A DNA stretch of 56,020 nt, taken from positions 1 through 56,020 of the forward strand of contig CAYJLU010000001.1 of assembly GCA_964371395.1 (NCBI GenBank). Direction: 5' to 3'. The notes under the pieces were generated by a model that was given only the letters and a program-made list of their open reading frames with translations, made no database searches and was not told where the DNA came from. The translations under genes and the position numbers were made by a program. Shown one piece after another: positions 20,014 to 29,156 of the stretch (position 1 is the stretch's first letter; each line of letters begins with the position of its first letter). Origin of the DNA: an uncultured Rikenellaceae bacterium (GTDB taxonomy: Bacteria; Bacteroidota; Bacteroidia; Bacteroidales; Rikenellaceae).

Positions 20014-22632
20014 GTGGAGGCAACTGTAAATATAGTACGAGCATCGGCAGGTTCAGGTAAGACCTACCTACTATCGGCACGTTATATTGCAGCTGCTATG
20101 GTCTCCCCAGATGCCTTCCGCTCGATTCTTGCAGTTACCTTTACCAATAAGGCAACAAAGGAGATGAAGGAGCGTATCATTAGCCAACTCCATCAACTGA
20201 GCATTGGCTCAGATCGTGCCTTTGCAGATACTATTGCCTCAATAACTGGATATAGCCACCCCGAGGTTAAGAGCCGAGCTGTTATAACACTAGGTGCAAT
20301 ACTTAGGGATTACAGCTCATTTTCGGTCTCTACTATTGATAGGTTTTTTCAGCGTATTGTTCGCAGCTTCTTTCGGGAGTTGGGCCTTGATATAAGTTAT
20401 GAGGTGTTAATCGACCAAAAGAGAGTGCAGAGCGACGCAATAGAGGCTATGGTTGAGCGTAGTGTGGAGGATAGAGACCTTGCAAGGCAGATATGGCGAA
20501 TAGTTAACTCTCAGATAGAGAAAGGTAAGAAGATTAACTTTCAGAGGGATCTAGGCAAGATATTCTCTAGTGCTATTGATGCGGGGTTTTATGCGAATCA
20601 CAGTGTGGAGATAGGCGAGATCGAGAATCTTTACCAAGAGCTTCAGCAGATATACGATCAGACCAAACAGAGCATTGTGGAGTTATGTAGTGAGGCTTGG
20701 GAGTTGATAACCGATAATGGAATATCGCTTAGTGACTTTAAGTATGGCAAAGGTTCTTTTGCCAACTACTTTAAGCAGATTTCTCAGAGTAGCGTGATTA
20801 AGTCACCTGCAAAGAGATTTCGTGCCATAGCAGAGTCTCAAAACCCAAATGATGCGGTACCAAAGGGTAAGGGTAAGGCTGAACTCCTTGCAATTCTACC
20901 TCATATAATGGAAATTACCACTGCTGTAATATCGCTATATGATAGTAGTGAGAGTATGATGATGACCTTCGAGGCTATATCCACTAACTTTGCACGATAT
21001 ACAGTGCTACGTAAGTTATCCGAAGAGTTAGATAGTATACTATCGCAACGTGGGCAACTCTCAATTGCCTCGACCTCTTCGCTTATAAAACGTATAACCG
21101 AGGGTTCAAGCGTTCCATTTATATTCGAGAGGCTGGGCACGAAGTACACGACAATTTTCATCGACGAATTTCAAGATACATCGCAGAGTCAGTGGGATGG
21201 TTTCTTACCACTTATCCAAGAGGCAGCTGCGAAGAGTAGTAGAGGAGCTGTACTAATAATCGGTGATATTAAGCAGGCTATATATAGATGGCGTGGGGGT
21301 GATTGGCGACTACTTGGCGGTAGGGTTGAGGAAGATTTGGAGGGTTACACCGACTCAAAAACCTTAACAACATCGTGGCGTAGCGATCAACGTATCATTG
21401 AATTTAATAACAGCGTCATTAGATCTGTGGTTGATTATGGAACCAGCGCAATTTTGAATTTTTTGGAGGATGCAAGCGAATCTATCTCTATGGATTTAGA
21501 GACTATCTTAGCTGATGCATATAATGACTCTCAACAGAGCGTTGCTCCCCATCGAGTAGGAACTATGAGGGGTTATGTGGAGGTCTCTTATTTGAGTCGA
21601 CAGGAGGGTTTACCTTGGGTGGTCGAACGCATCAAAGAGCTTTGTACTAGATACACACCATCTAGAATTGGTGTATTAGTTCGAGGAAAGAGGGAGGGTG
21701 TAATGGTAGCCGATGCTTTGACAGAGCACGGCATTGAGTTTATGAGTGAGGAGATGCTTGCGGTATCAAGCTCACTGACTGTGCGTTTTATTGTCAATAC
21801 ACTAATCTACTCGCTCTATGTCGACGAAATAGTACTTAGAGCTATGGAGCAGTATTTAGGTAGGGTAGTGGAACCTGAAGAAGTTGCAAAAGTAGCCGAA
21901 TTCAAGATGATGAATCCATTAGAGGCAGTCGAGGCAACTATTTCGTTATTTGGGATAGGAGACAGAGAGTTGTATTACCTTCAATCACTCTATAATATAT
22001 GCTATGTGGTAAGTCGTCAGGGAGGAACTATTGCCTCTTTCTTAGAGCAGTGGGACGGTGGGCTAAAGGATAGCTCAGTTGCTCTACCACACTCTAATAG
22101 TGCGGTAGTGATAATGACTATACATAAGGCAAAGGGATTAGAGTTTGATGCGGTGGTAGTACCGTTTGCCGATTGGGATCTGTACCCTCAGAGTAAGCAG
22201 TATATGTGGCTTAGTAGTGAGATTTCTCCCTACTCTCACTTTGGTCTGTACCCGATATGCTATACCCAGAACATTTCAAAGAGTGTCTATGCTGATGATT
22301 ACTATCGAGAGGGAGTAAGTTCAGTGGTGGATAATGTCAATTTATTATACGTTGCCCTAACTCGTGCTCGTACAGAGCTATATATCGGGCTAGGAGATTA
22401 TAGTACAGCAACGAAGATAACAAATATCGGCAAGCTACTATACCCAGCTCTTAGGGATATGCTAGGCGGTGAACTTACATTTGGAAATAAGGATAGTAGT
22501 GTATCACGCTCTGAGATTCCTCAACAAAGCAGTAGTGCACTGAATCTCTTAGAGTTTAAGAGTTACAGTGCACCTGAATTAAAGATTATAGAGGAGGAGG
22601 AAGTAGATGAATACTTCGAGCCACCTGTCTAG
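20014..22632 (+). CDS. AddA/RecB-like UvrD helicase, apparently lacking the C-terminal nuclease domain
   Basis: ASAGSGKT, TFTNKAT, STIDRFF, IDEFQDTS, GDIKQAIYRWRGG, TIHKAKGLEF and LLYVALTRA motifs; GTG start. Confidence 0.85.
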   Translation: MEATVNIVRASAGSGKTYLLSARYIAAAMVSPDAFRSILAVTFTNKATKEMKERIISQLHQLSIGSDRAFADTIASITGYSHPEVKSRAVITLGAILRDYSSFSVSTIDRFFQRIVRSFFRELGLDISYEVLIDQKRVQSDAIEAMVERSVEDRDLARQIWRIVNSQIEKGKKINFQRDLGKIFSSAIDAGFYANHSVEIGEIENLYQELQQIYDQTKQSIVELCSEAWELITDNGISLSDFKYGKGSFANYFKQISQSSVIKSPAKRFRAIAESQNPNDAVPKGKGKAELLAILPHIMEITTAVISLYDSSESMMMTFEAISTNFARYTVLRKLSEELDSILSQRGQLSIASTSSLIKRITEGSSVPFIFERLGTKYTTIFIDEFQDTSQSQWDGFLPLIQEAAAKSSRGAVLIIGDIKQAIYRWRGGDWRLLGGRVEEDLEGYTDSKTLTTSWRSDQRIIEFNNSVIRSVVDYGTSAILNFLEDASESISMDLETILADAYNDSQQSVAPHRVGTMRGYVEVSYLSRQEGLPWVVERIKELCTRYTPSRIGVLVRGKREGVMVADALTEHGIEFMSEEMLAVSSSLTVRFIVNTLIYSLYVDEIVLRAMEQYLGRVVEPEEVAKVAEFKMMNPLEAVEATISLFGIGDRELYYLQSLYNICYVVSRQGGTIASFLEQWDGGLKDSSVALPHSNSAVVIMTIHKAKGLEFDAVVVPFADWDLYPQSKQYMWLSSEISPYSHFGLYPICYTQNISKSVYADDYYREGVSSVVDNVNLLYVALTRARTELYIGLGDYSTATKITNIGKLLYPALRDMLGGELTFGNKDSSVSRSEIPQQSSSALNLLEFKSYSAPELKIIEEEEVDEYFEPPV

Positions 22633-23676
22633 TTAAATTAGATCTAATAGTTCCCCAATGTTACCACAACGTGAGGTAATCTCCAAGAAGTACTCTTCGG
22701 TCTGTTTCGATGGCACAATAATTCCGTGGCTATTGGGATGCTTCACCAGATACTCAGCACCATAGTTATGTAGAGCCATTGTCGCATCAATATAGCGTAG
22801 ATGGGTCGGCTCGTCAAGGATAAAGTTTATGGTTCTCTTCGAGCATAGAGTCCTATCGGCTGGTATTGAATCTCCATACTCATCCTCTGCTCCCATATTA
22901 GCAAGAAGTGCGTTACTGTTATTGATAGCCCCTAGCGATACGGTCTTAGATAGTGCACCCTCAACCCCCGTTGCCATTACAATACAGTATGCACCCTCAA
23001 CCAACTCGTCAACCCTCTTTTTATCTCTATGGTCGACTATTTGTAAACCTTCAATACCCATATTTGGATCCGATACAACTGCAATATCTGCACCATAGCT
23101 CTGTCCATAGCGTACAATTCCACGGCCAACCTTACCGCTACCAAATACAACTAATCGTTTCCCTTGCCATTGGTTATAGCCCAACGAGGACATTGCTCGA
23201 AAGAAGCTCTCACCCGTGCCAAGTTCAGTCTCAAGTCTTTTAATACGTGAGGAGTCAGCGGCATAGCATCTCACATTAGCTGCTCTATATTTTTCTATAC
23301 CAGAGCGTGTTAACTCCACATACCCCACAGTTGCAGTGGTGTTAATATACGATGCAGCACAGTCTAGTATAATATCCGAAGAGGTCAAACTCTGTGGCGT
23401 AGCGATTTGAAGTCCTAGCTCTGATTTACAAAACTCTAGGACAGTCTTATCAGCCGAGATAAACGAGCTTTCACCTAGTATTAGTTCAGCTCCAGCGGCA
23501 AGTAGCGCACGATGCTTTAGTAGTGTGTTGCTAAATATCGGAGTAACATCCACTACCCTTAGCCCCTCTAGTGGCTTAGTTTGCTCCCATAGCTGGAACT
23601 GCGCCTCAAGTGTAGGGTAGTCCTCCTTAGTGTATCTACCCTTAAGAAATTCCTCTATTTTATGTACACTTTGCAT
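22633..23676 (-). CDS. Divergent S-adenosylhomocysteine hydrolase-like NAD-binding protein
   Basis: KPLEGLRV...LLAAGAEL, IILD, VELTRSG and GSGKVGRG (Rossmann) motifs plus NMG are collinear with AhcY motifs; only 347 aa. Confidence 0.7.
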   Translation of the reverse strand: MQSVHKIEEFLKGRYTKEDYPTLEAQFQLWEQTKPLEGLRVVDVTPIFSNTLLKHRALLAAGAELILGESSFISADKTVLEFCKSELGLQIATPQSLTSSDIILDCAASYINTTATVGYVELTRSGIEKYRAANVRCYAADSSRIKRLETELGTGESFFRAMSSLGYNQWQGKRLVVFGSGKVGRGIVRYGQSYGADIAVVSDPNMGIEGLQIVDHRDKKRVDELVEGAYCIVMATGVEGALSKTVSLGAINNSNALLANMGAEDEYGDSIPADRTLCSKRTINFILDEPTHLRYIDATMALHNYGAEYLVKHPNSHGIIVPSKQTEEYFLEITSRCGNIGELLDLI

Positions 23677-23688
23677 TCTATTGTTGAC

Positions 23689-24684
23689 TTACTCTTTTGA
23701 TATTAACTCTTGCAACATATCCTTTAGTCTCTCTATATTATAACCCGTAATCGAGCTAATAAATATAGAGTTAATACCCTCTGGTAGCTCTTTCTTCATC
23801 TCCTCAATTAGCTCCTCATCGAGCATATCTGACTTTGTGATAGCCAACATACGCTCTTTGTCGAGAAGTTCAGGGTTGTGTTGTTGAAGCTCATCGATTA
23901 GTATTTCGTACTGTTCAGTGATACTTTTAGCATCGGCTGATACCATAAATAGTAGTACAGAGTTACGTTCAATATGTCTGAGGAATCTTAGCCCTAGTCC
24001 ACGACCTTCTGCTGCCCCCTCAATAATACCCGGAATATCTGCCATTACAAATGAGCTTTGCCCACGACCCTTCACAATACCAAGATTAGGCTCTAGGGTG
24101 GTAAATGCGTAGTCGGCAATCTTAGGTTTTGCAGCTGATACAACGCTCAGAAGTGTAGATTTACCAGCATTCGGGAATCCTACAAGTCCTACGTCAGCTA
24201 GAACTTTAAGTTCCAATATAAAGTTGCCCTCTTGGAGTGCACCACCAGATTGGGCATATCGTGGTGCTTGATTAGTAGCAGTACGGAAGTGCCAGTTACC
24301 CTTACCTCCTCTGCCACCTTTACAGAGTATTACCTCCTCGCCAGCCTCTACAACCTCTGCCACCTGCTCATAGGTTTCAGCATCCTTTACTACTGTGCCA
24401 AGAGGAACATCAATGTACACATCCTCACCATCCTTTCCGTGCATACGTGCACCGCCACCTCGCTGCCCACTCTCTGCCAACCAGTGACGATTATATCTGA
24501 GGTGAAGTAGTGTCCAGTGGTGCGTAGAGCCTCTAAGTATTACATTGCCTCCTCGACCTCCATCACCACCATCAGGGCCTCCAAACTCTACGAATTTCTC
24601 TCTACGGAAGTGCGAAGCTCCTGCTCCTCCCTCGCCACTACGTGCGTAAATCTTTGCATAGTCTACAAAATTTGATGATGCCAT
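23689..24684 (-). CDS. obgE: GTPase ObgE/CgtA
   Basis: [28 protein letters not shown] and FLRHIER motifs. Confidence 0.98.
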   Translation of the reverse strand: MASSNFVDYAKIYARSGEGGAGASHFRREKFVEFGGPDGGDGGRGGNVILRGSTHHWTLLHLRYNRHWLAESGQRGGGARMHGKDGEDVYIDVPLGTVVKDAETYEQVAEVVEAGEEVILCKGGRGGKGNWHFRTATNQAPRYAQSGGALQEGNFILELKVLADVGLVGFPNAGKSTLLSVVSAAKPKIADYAFTTLEPNLGIVKGRGQSSFVMADIPGIIEGAAEGRGLGLRFLRHIERNSVLLFMVSADAKSITEQYEILIDELQQHNPELLDKERMLAITKSDMLDEELIEEMKKELPEGINSIFISSITGYNIERLKDMLQELISKE

Positions 24685-24736
24685 TTTTCTTTTATTATTT
24701 ATATTTCTAGTGAGATGCTCTATTCTACCCCCACCT

Positions 24737-25186
24737 TTACTTTGTTACCTCAAAGAGAACTATACCTGCCGCAACCGAAACGTTGAGCGACTTTTTAATA
24801 CCTCTCTGTTCAATCTCTACAACTCTGTGGCACTTATCTAGTACCTCAGGGCTTACTCCATCCACCTCATTGCCCAGTACAAAGGCACTACTTAGTGTCT
24901 TATTTATACTAAAATTTCGGAGGTTTTCCGAACGTGAACATTGCTCTACGGCAACTACCTCAAACCCACAGGCGATTAACTCATCCACCGCCTCGATAGT
25001 TTTCGAAAAGTATCGCCACTTCACACTCAGTTCTGCCCCGAGTGCTGTTTTGTGAATCTCTTTTGATGGTGGAATAGCTGTAATACCGCATAACCACACC
25101 TCGTCTATGCCCAGCGAATCCGAAGTGCGTAAAACCGAACCAACGTTTAGTGCCGAACGCACATTATCAAGTATTGCTATTATCAT
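24737..25186 (-). CDS. TrmH/SpoU family RNA methyltransferase
   Basis: [21 protein letters not shown] and SLNVSVA motifs. Confidence 0.92.
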   Translation of the reverse strand: MIIAILDNVRSALNVGSVLRTSDSLGIDEVWLCGITAIPPSKEIHKTALGAELSVKWRYFSKTIEAVDELIACGFEVVAVEQCSRSENLRNFSINKTLSSAFVLGNEVDGVSPEVLDKCHRVVEIEQRGIKKSLNVSVAAGIVLFEVTK

Positions 25187-25623
25187 TATTGCTCTGTGTT
25201 TCTCTCTAGTGCTTTAGCTGCAAGTTCATAACCCATAAGTCCAAATCCAAATATAGTTCCGCTAGCCACAGGCGCAATTAGCGAGGTGTGCCGAAATGGC
25301 TCACGAGCCGTAATGTTAGATATATGAACCTCTACGACCTTTAGTTTTAATGCCATCACTGCCGCTACCCCGTCTGCTATTGCCACTGAAGTATGTGTAT
25401 AACCACCAGCATTGAGTATTACTCCATTGTAGTTTAACACCGCTGAGTGTAGTGCATCGACTATCTCCCCCTCAATGTTACTCTGAAACAGGTCAATCTC
25501 TATTGGTGCTACTCTCTTTCTTAGTGTTGTTAGGTATGTCTCCATATCCATATTACCATAGATATTAGGAGTGCGAACTCCAAGTAAGTTAAGGTTAGGA
25601 CCGTTAATAATTAGTATCTTCAT
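25186..25623 (-). CDS. aroQ: Type II 3-dehydroquinate dehydratase
   Basis: INGPNLNLLG, QSNIEG, NAGGYTHTS, EVHISN and REPFRH motifs; start at 25623 (alternative 25635). Confidence 0.96.
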   Translation of the reverse strand: MKILIINGPNLNLLGVRTPNIYGNMDMETYLTTLRKRVAPIEIDLFQSNIEGEIVDALHSAVLNYNGVILNAGGYTHTSVAIADGVAAVMALKLKVVEVHISNITAREPFRHTSLIAPVASGTIFGFGLMGYELAAKALERNTEQ

Positions 25624-25647
25624 TACACTATACATTGTGATAATTTA

Positions 25648-25666
25648 CAAAAATACATTAAATTTG
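25648..25666. promoter_or_regulatory. Back-to-back -7 elements for aroQ (-) and xerD (+)
   Basis: TATTTTTG on - (25648-25655) and TAAATTTG on + (25659-25666). Confidence 0.5.
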
Positions 25667-25673
25667 CGAGATA

Positions 25674-26567
25674 ATGGATAATTTTAGTTGGGAAATTGCA
25701 ATTAGTCTCTATCGGGATTACCTTGTATTGGAGCGTTCGCTTAGTGCAAATAGTACTAGTGCGTATATGAGAGATATGCGCTATTTGGTTGATTATGCGA
25801 ATAATAAAGGTTTGTTACCACTTGAGTTGAGGCAAGCTGACGCAGAGAATTTTGTAGTTTCGCTACACGATAAATCACTCAAACGAACTTCAGTTGCTCG
25901 ACTTATTTCGGCAGTGAGGGGCTTTTATGACTTTTTGATACATAGCGATAGGTTGGAGTTATCACCCTTCGAGCTTATCGAAACTCCTCGTCTACCTCGT
26001 TCACTTCCCGATGTTTTGAGCTATTCGGATATAGAGCGTATTCTACTTACTATTGATCTAAGTGACCCACTTGGACACAGGAACAGAGCGATTCTTGAAC
26101 TCCTCTATGGGTGTGGACTTAGAGCCTCTGAACTAACCGAACTTAGAGTCGATGATATATTTGAGGCCGAGGGTGTTATCAGAGTAGTGGGTAAGGGTTC
26201 AAAGCAACGCTTTACTCCTATTGCTCAGATAACGCTAAAGTATCTTAGGCTATACCTCGAACAGCGTATGCAGGCAGTGCCAAAGAGTGGTAGTGAGGAT
26301 ATAGTGTTTCTTAATCGTAGAGGGGCAAAGCTCAGTCGAGTGATGATATTTAATATTGTAAGGGATAGTGCTCGTAAGGCTGGATTATCATCGGAGGTTC
26401 ATCCCCATACCCTGCGTCATAGCTTTGCAACTCACCTAGTCGAGGGAGGTGCCGATATTCGTGCTGTCCAGCAGATGTTAGGCCATAGCAATATAACCAC
26501 CACTGAGATATACACTCACGTTGCTATGAGCTCGCTTCGTAGTGCATTGGAGAGGTTGCGAGGTTAG
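25674..26567 (+). CDS. xerD: Chromosomal tyrosine recombinase XerD-like
   Basis: RNRAILELLYGCGLRASE, GKGSKQR, HPHTLRHSFATHL and LGHSNITTTEIYTHV motifs; 297 aa. Confidence 0.88.
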   Translation: MDNFSWEIAISLYRDYLVLERSLSANSTSAYMRDMRYLVDYANNKGLLPLELRQADAENFVVSLHDKSLKRTSVARLISAVRGFYDFLIHSDRLELSPFELIETPRLPRSLPDVLSYSDIERILLTIDLSDPLGHRNRAILELLYGCGLRASELTELRVDDIFEAEGVIRVVGKGSKQRFTPIAQITLKYLRLYLEQRMQAVPKSGSEDIVFLNRRGAKLSRVMIFNIVRDSARKAGLSSEVHPHTLRHSFATHLVEGGADIRAVQQMLGHSNITTTEIYTHVAMSSLRSALERLRG

Positions 26568-26600
26568 CAATCCCTATGATTCTTCTTTCATCTATTGAAA

Positions 26601-26647
26601 GAGCTGTGAGGCGTATATTTAAAATATCGCCGCCTTGCAACGGTCTC
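26601..26647. repeat. Imperfect palindrome holding copy 2 of the 22-bp repeat (26625-26646)
   Basis: GAGCTGTGAGGCGTATATTTAAAATATCGCCGCCTTGCAACGGTCTC between the convergent xerD and pcrA. Confidence 0.8.
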
Positions 26648-26658
26648 CTTTAGTGAAA

Positions 26659-29049
26659 CTATATAACCGTGAGCTTTGCAAAGCGTTTAAGTAGTACTTT
26701 ATTGCCAATGCCATCGAAGTTAATCGTTAATTTCGTGTCATTTGGTATCTGCTCTATTGCAATGACTTCACCTCGTCCGAAACGCTCGTGCGAAACCTTT
26801 ACACCTATCGATATATCCCCTGCCTGCTCAATATTTACCCCTTGGCTACGTGCCACACGTTTGAGGTTTTTAGGCTCACTGAGTGATGATAACCAATCAC
26901 TCTGAGCAGGTTTAGTTCGAGGCTTATCCTCTCTCTTCTGACCAAATCTAGGACTTGAACCCCCTGTAAAACGATTAGCATTATAACCTCCCGTAAAACC
27001 ACCTCCAAATTTATTACTACTGTTTTTTGCCGTAGTATTTCTATCTTCCGCAGCCTCACAAAGGCGCATATCTAGATAATCCTGACTGATTTCCTTTATA
27101 AAGCGACTAGGTAGTGAGTTCTTGACCTCGCCCCACTGAAAGCGTGAGAGAGCATAGCTAAGTGTAACCTTGTGCTTTGCCCGTGTCATTGCCACATAGA
27201 ATAATCTGCGCTCCTCCTCTATCTCCGACTCGGAGAACTCCTGACGGATAGATGGGAACAACTTTTCCTCCATTCCAACAATATAGACGTATTTAAACTC
27301 TAGCCCCTTACTGGCGTGAACAGTCATTAGCGCAACTTTAGGTGTATTGTCCTGTTTTTCGGTATCAGCTTCGCTTAGGAGCGATACCTCGGCGAGCCAC
27401 TGTGCAATAGATAGCTCATCGGACTCAATATTCGACTCCTCTATTTCTTCAGCACCCATCTCCTCGCCACGCTTAAAATCTTTGATCGAGCTAATCAATT
27501 CATCGATATTATCGAGCCTAGTCTTATCCTCAACACTACCACTAGCACGGTAGTGTGCCAATAGCCCAGAGCGTGAGGCTACCTCCGTGGCAAAGACATA
27601 GGCATCGAGCTTTTGAGCCATTTGTGATAACTCGGTGAAGGTCTCTATAAAGCGAGCAATACCCTTGACCGCTACACCTCTTATACCTATCTCAGCTGGG
27701 GGTACAGTCCGTAAAATCTCGAACATCGATACTCCACGTTGCTGCGATACATCCTCAACCTTTGCTATTGAACCGTCTCCGATGCCACGTGCAGGGAAGT
27801 TAATCACACGTTTTAGTGCTTCGTCATCGGCAGGGTTAACAGCCAAACGTAGATAGCAGAGCATAGTCTTAATCTCGGCACGTGAGTAGAATGAATTACC
27901 ACCATATATCTTATAGTCTATACCCTTTGACCTAAGGTACTCCTCCAGTACACGTCCCTGAAAGTGCGTGCGATATAGTATAGCAAAGTCCGATGGCTTT
28001 GCATCTTCGCCATAGATCATCGAGGCAATATCGCTAACTACCCTTGATGCCTCATCCTTGTCACTATATGTCTCAATAACACGAATTAAATCACCCTTAT
28101 CCCCCTCGGAGTAGAGTCTTTTCTTTAACTTCCCTTTATTATGATCTATTAGAGAGTTAGATGCCTCGACAATTACCTTAGTGGAGCGGTAGTTCTGCTC
28201 TAATCTAAAGATTTTAGCCTCCGAGAAATCCTGCTCAAACCTTAGGATATTTTCTATTCTTGCCCCTCGAAACGAGTATATACTTTGTGAATCATCACCC
28301 ACAACACATATATTGCGGTGGATTGCCGCTAGTTTTTTTACTATCAAGTACTGCGAATAGTTGGTATCTTGGTACTCGTCCACCATTATGTAACGAAACA
28401 TATCGGCATACCTCGATGCAATCTCTGGGTGATCACGTAGTAGGTAATTCATCTGGAGTAGTAAGTCGTCAAAGTCCATCGCTCCGTTCATCTTACATCT
28501 ACGTGCATATTCGGCATATATCCTATATATCTCGGGACGGCGAGCACTACTATCCTCCTCTCGTGCTTGTACGTTAGCCTCATAAGCAGCGGGAGTTACC
28601 AAAGAGTTCTTTGCTAGCGATATTCTTGAAAATACATCCTTAGGTTTGTATTTATCATCGTCCAACTGCATCTCCTTGATGATAGTCTTAATAAGACTTG
28701 TAGAGTCAGCGGTGTCGTATAGTGTGAAATTCGCTGGGTAACCAATAGCCGCAGCCTCGGCATTGAGTATGCGTCTAAATATACTATGGAATGTCCCCAT
28801 CCATAAACCTCGAAGCGATGAGGGAGGCATAACCGAGGCTATACGCTCACGCATCTCCGCAGCTGCCTTATTTGTAAATGTTAGAGCTAATATATTGTAT
28901 GGCGCAACACCACTCTCGATCATATGCGCTATACGATAAGTAAGCGTGCGAGTCTTACCACTTCCTGCTCCCGCAATTATTAGCGAAGCTCCCTCAAAAT
29001 TACTTGCCGCCTCTCGTTGGGCTGGCGATAGACCATCTAAAAAACTCAT
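26659..29049 (-). CDS. pcrA: ATP-dependent DNA helicase PcrA/UvrD
   Basis: AGAGSGKT, TFTNKAA, DEYQDTN, GDDSQSIY, NYRS, TVHASKGLEF and EEERRLFYVAMTRA motifs; Tudor-like C-terminal domain (HERFGRG). Confidence 0.95.
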   Translation of the reverse strand: MSFLDGLSPAQREAASNFEGASLIIAGAGSGKTRTLTYRIAHMIESGVAPYNILALTFTNKAAAEMRERIASVMPPSSLRGLWMGTFHSIFRRILNAEAAAIGYPANFTLYDTADSTSLIKTIIKEMQLDDDKYKPKDVFSRISLAKNSLVTPAAYEANVQAREEDSSARRPEIYRIYAEYARRCKMNGAMDFDDLLLQMNYLLRDHPEIASRYADMFRYIMVDEYQDTNYSQYLIVKKLAAIHRNICVVGDDSQSIYSFRGARIENILRFEQDFSEAKIFRLEQNYRSTKVIVEASNSLIDHNKGKLKKRLYSEGDKGDLIRVIETYSDKDEASRVVSDIASMIYGEDAKPSDFAILYRTHFQGRVLEEYLRSKGIDYKIYGGNSFYSRAEIKTMLCYLRLAVNPADDEALKRVINFPARGIGDGSIAKVEDVSQQRGVSMFEILRTVPPAEIGIRGVAVKGIARFIETFTELSQMAQKLDAYVFATEVASRSGLLAHYRASGSVEDKTRLDNIDELISSIKDFKRGEEMGAEEIEESNIESDELSIAQWLAEVSLLSEADTEKQDNTPKVALMTVHASKGLEFKYVYIVGMEEKLFPSIRQEFSESEIEEERRLFYVAMTRAKHKVTLSYALSRFQWGEVKNSLPSRFIKEISQDYLDMRLCEAAEDRNTTAKNSSNKFGGGFTGGYNANRFTGGSSPRFGQKREDKPRTKPAQSDWLSSLSEPKNLKRVARSQGVNIEQAGDISIGVKVSHERFGRGEVIAIEQIPNDTKLTINFDGIGNKVLLKRFAKLTVI

Positions 29050-29156
29050 CCTATCGTATAATATACTTTGTAAAAAATAATAGCCGACAAATTTACTAAA
29101 AAATCTCTATCTTTGTGAAATATTTCACTCTTCTTTTTTTTCTAAAAATTGCTACG

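Noticed and set aside
25674..26567. Tyrosine recombinase as a phage/ICE or integron integrase
   Set aside because: Length and motifs fit housekeeping XerD; it is flanked by aroQ and pcrA with no cargo, tRNA target or integron-integrase insertion.
16606..29049. Three SF1 helicases plus a recombinase as a defence island
   Set aside because: Each matches a standard Bacteroidetes repair gene and they are interspersed with core genes; no accompanying defence nucleases or DNA methylases.
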